This document shows, one piece after another, positions 56,313 to 58,307 of a stretch of 58,307 nt of DNA. Every line of letters begins with the position of its first letter. The first letter of the stretch is position 1. The stretch covers positions 1 through 58,307 of the forward strand of contig JAHLMS010000002.1 of the NCBI GenBank assembly GCA_018920245.1. Direction: 5' to 3'. Both the position numbers and the translations under genes were made by a program. A model generated the notes under the pieces. That model saw nothing but the letters and a program-made list of their open reading frames with translations, was not told where the DNA came from and searched no databases. The DNA comes from Candidatus Aenigmatarchaeota archaeon. GTDB lineage: Archaea > Aenigmatarchaeota > Aenigmatarchaeia > Aenigmatarchaeales > JAHLMS01.

Positions 56313-57392
56313 TTATGCTTTCACGAAAAGCGTTCTCACTTTTGGCGTCAGCGCGTACATAAAGGCCTTACCCTTAGACTCGCGCTGGACATAGCCTTCT
56401 AACATCAACCTGTGAAGAATGTTGTTTATCGATCGAATGGCATGGCCTTTGGAAGCATAGGAACCGCTAATCTGCTCGGCCAGGGCAGTTGGTGTAAGCC
56501 AATCAGTCTTTGCAAGTATTTCCAGGAGCTGCCTCTGCTTGCGGGGCAGGTTGGCTACCTGTAATTCTGACGGTGGTTTAGGTGCGAATGCTACTACAGG
56601 CTCCTCAAGCACAGGCGCTGGCTCAAATTCACGGTAATCAGCCAAGTTCTGTGCATCGATGACATTCTGGCCTTTCTCTATGGCATCATGTACGAGCTTA
56701 TCGGCCAGCTTGAGCACTTCGCGCGGAAAACCTCCCGTGCGTTGGTAAATCGCGGCGATCGCTGCATCTGTAAAAGGGGTCGTTCCAGAGCCACCTACTG
56801 CCTCTATACGCTTTCTCAGAAGATCTTTAGTCTCACTTTCCGAAAGCGCAGTCAGAGCAACCCTAGTTGTTATTCGCTGTTCAAAGGTCTCTAGGCTTGA
56901 TTTTATATTGGACTCTAAAGATGGTAAACCGGCAATTATCAGGCTGACGCTATCTATCTGGTCCACGAGCACGCGTAGCCATTCCAGCACATCTCGACTT
57001 GTTTCATGAGCCTCGTCTATAAGGAAAAGAAGGTGGGTACCCTTTAGCTTCTTGTTTATGTAGGTTGGCAATGTCCAGAGGGTCGGTGTTTTTCCAAAAA
57101 GCCTATCAAAAAAGCTTAGTCCGAAAATATCTGTGAAAATCTGGACGAATTCCTCTGGCTTGAGGGGAGGTTTGCTTATATAGAGCTTAGCTATGTTCGG
57201 GTTGTTCATTTCCAGCCATTTAAGTAATGTTGTCTTACCGCTGCCTGTGTTGCCGGTTACAAGGGCTATCTTGTGTTTATTCTCAATATGGCGGTTGATA
57301 GCCGAGACCTGTTCATCGTACCCTGTGAAGAGATTCGGCTCTATCTTTAATGTGAAAGGGTCCTCTTTCCATCCCCATTTTTCGATTCCCAT
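56313..57392 (-). CDS. ExeA/TnsC-like AAA+ ATPase with C-terminal winged helix
   Basis: WGWKEDPF N-terminus, GNTGSGKTT, LIDEAH, IIAGLP, QRI, TGGFPREVL; C-terminal LTPTALAE...NNILHRL..EGYVQRE.KGKAFMYALT. Confidence 0.85.
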   Translation of the reverse strand: MGIEKWGWKEDPFTLKIEPNLFTGYDEQVSAINRHIENKHKIALVTGNTGSGKTTLLKWLEMNNPNIAKLYISKPPLKPEEFVQIFTDIFGLSFFDRLFGKTPTLWTLPTYINKKLKGTHLLFLIDEAHETSRDVLEWLRVLVDQIDSVSLIIAGLPSLESNIKSSLETFEQRITTRVALTALSESETKDLLRKRIEAVGGSGTTPFTDAAIAAIYQRTGGFPREVLKLADKLVHDAIEKGQNVIDAQNLADYREFEPAPVLEEPVVAFAPKPPSELQVANLPRKQRQLLEILAKTDWLTPTALAEQISGSYASKGHAIRSINNILHRLMLEGYVQRESKGKAFMYALTPKVRTLFVKA

Positions 57393-57406
57393 GACATCAC
57401 ATGAAC

Positions 57407-57860
57407 GTTCACTTTGCCTTCACAAGCACGTTCATATTCACGTGAACAAGTATTTAAGCTTTGTGAAGTTCACGTGAACATTATGTGAAGTTTAAAGTAT
57501 ATTTTTAAGGATATAAATGAACATTTCGTGAAGATGAGATGAACTTTCGGCATTTGTGAGAGTTGGAACAGAGAAAAACAAAGAAAATTGTATTACTTGT
57601 GCGGGTTTTTCAAATACCAAAAGTGTGTAAATTCATATGTTCACGCGATTGCGTGAACAAAACGTGAACATTTTTGTGAATATTCACGTTCACTTTATCT
57701 TCACGTTATGTTCACGTGAAGATGCGTGAAGTTCACGTGAACATATGTTCAATTGTTAATACAAAGTGGGACATAAGTGCGATGTTCACGTAATGTTCAC
57801 GTGAACATTACGTGAACATTTTCTAGCCACGTGAAGTTTTCGTGAACAAAAACGTGAACA
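57407..57860. repeat. Helically phased TTCAC/GTGAA repeat array with TTCACGTGAA palindromes
   Basis: About 28 half-sites by manual count; full palindromes at 57437, 57469, 57711, 57732 and 57796; perfect 38-bp palindrome at 57782-57819. Confidence 0.92.
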
Positions 57861-57958
57861 TTTTAACCTAAAACAAGCATGAAAAAGGCTCTCAATAATT
57901 ATTTATAACACTGTTATAATTTAAAATCTTTAAATAAAACCTACCACCAAAATAAACC

Positions 57959-58307
57959 ATGCGCACATTTATAGCCATCGAAATCCCGGCTGAACTTAAA
58001 CAGAAAATAGTTGCCATTCAGAAAAAGATAGCTGAAACTGGAGCAGACATAAAACTTGTTGAACCTGAGAACCTCCATTACAATCTTAAATTTCTAGGCG
58101 AAATAGATCAGAAGACTGCTGAAAAGGTCAAGAATGCCCTGTCAAATGTATCCTTTCCGGCGTTTGATATTCATATATCTTGTTTAGGAACCTTTCCTAG
58201 CCTCAGTCACATCCGTGTTGTCTGGCTAGGTGTCAAGGAAGGTAGCCAACAGCTTGCTGCTTTGGCAGCTACTATTGAAGAGGCTTTAGCAGGTATAGGC
58301 ATAGCAC
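57959..58307 (+). CDS. thpR: RNA 2',3'-cyclic phosphodiesterase / 2'-5' RNA ligase (2H family), 3' truncated by the window
   Basis: Manual translation: MRTFIAIEIP...VEPENLHYNLKFLGEI...LGTFP..SHIRVVWLGV. Confidence 0.9.
   Translation, partial: MRTFIAIEIPAELKQKIVAIQKKIAETGADIKLVEPENLHYNLKFLGEIDQKTAEKVKNALSNVSFPAFDIHISCLGTFPSLSHIRVVWLGVKEGSQQLAALAATIEEALAGIGIA

Noticed and set aside
56313..57392. Calling the ATPase Orc1/Cdc6, or a transposon TnsC/IstB
   Set aside because: Motifs are ExeA-like rather than Cdc6-like, no ORB boxes are seen, and there is no transposase or terminal inverted repeats nearby.
57407..57860. CRISPR array interpretation of the palindromic repeats
   Set aside because: Repeats are 5-12 bp, occur in both orientations at ~11-bp spacing, and have no 25-40 bp repeat/unique spacer periodicity.

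Overview
Archaeal chromosomal window, gene-dense and mostly housekeeping. The gene set (thermosome, histone, Top6AB, RadA, FtsZ, two EndA subunits, little biosynthesis) suggests a DPANN lineage such as Aenigmarchaeota, which is inference only. In order: a partial secreted beta-helix protein, thermosome, a type IV pilus locus, an NMD3/aIF-1A/RIO1/Dim2/Top6BA operon, tRNA-Phe, archaemetzincin, two EndA subunits, a CBS-HPF hibernation factor, aminoacyl-tRNA synthetases (Gly, Trp, Phe, Leu, Ala), MinD, an ftsZ-secE-spt5-uL11-uL1-P0-P1 cluster, a dual class II + class III ribonucleotide reductase island, tRNA-Gln, two DJ-1 paralogs, a solo Cas4, wHTH proteins, histone-RPA-RadA, a PRC-barrel protein and an AAA+/wHTH ATPase. 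Two signals stand out. (1) 57400-57860 holds about 28 TTCAC/GTGAA half-sites phased at ~11 bp, with five parS-like TTCACGTGAA palindromes, over the promoter of an ExeA/TnsC-like AAA+ ATPase with a C-terminal winged helix; this is a candidate novel origin or centromere system. (2) The tRNA-Arg gene at 27128-27310 has three introns and a duplicated anticodon 'cassette exon' (CCG and TCT), so it may be alternatively spliced into two isoacceptors. All assignments come from motif recognition by eye, with no database searches.
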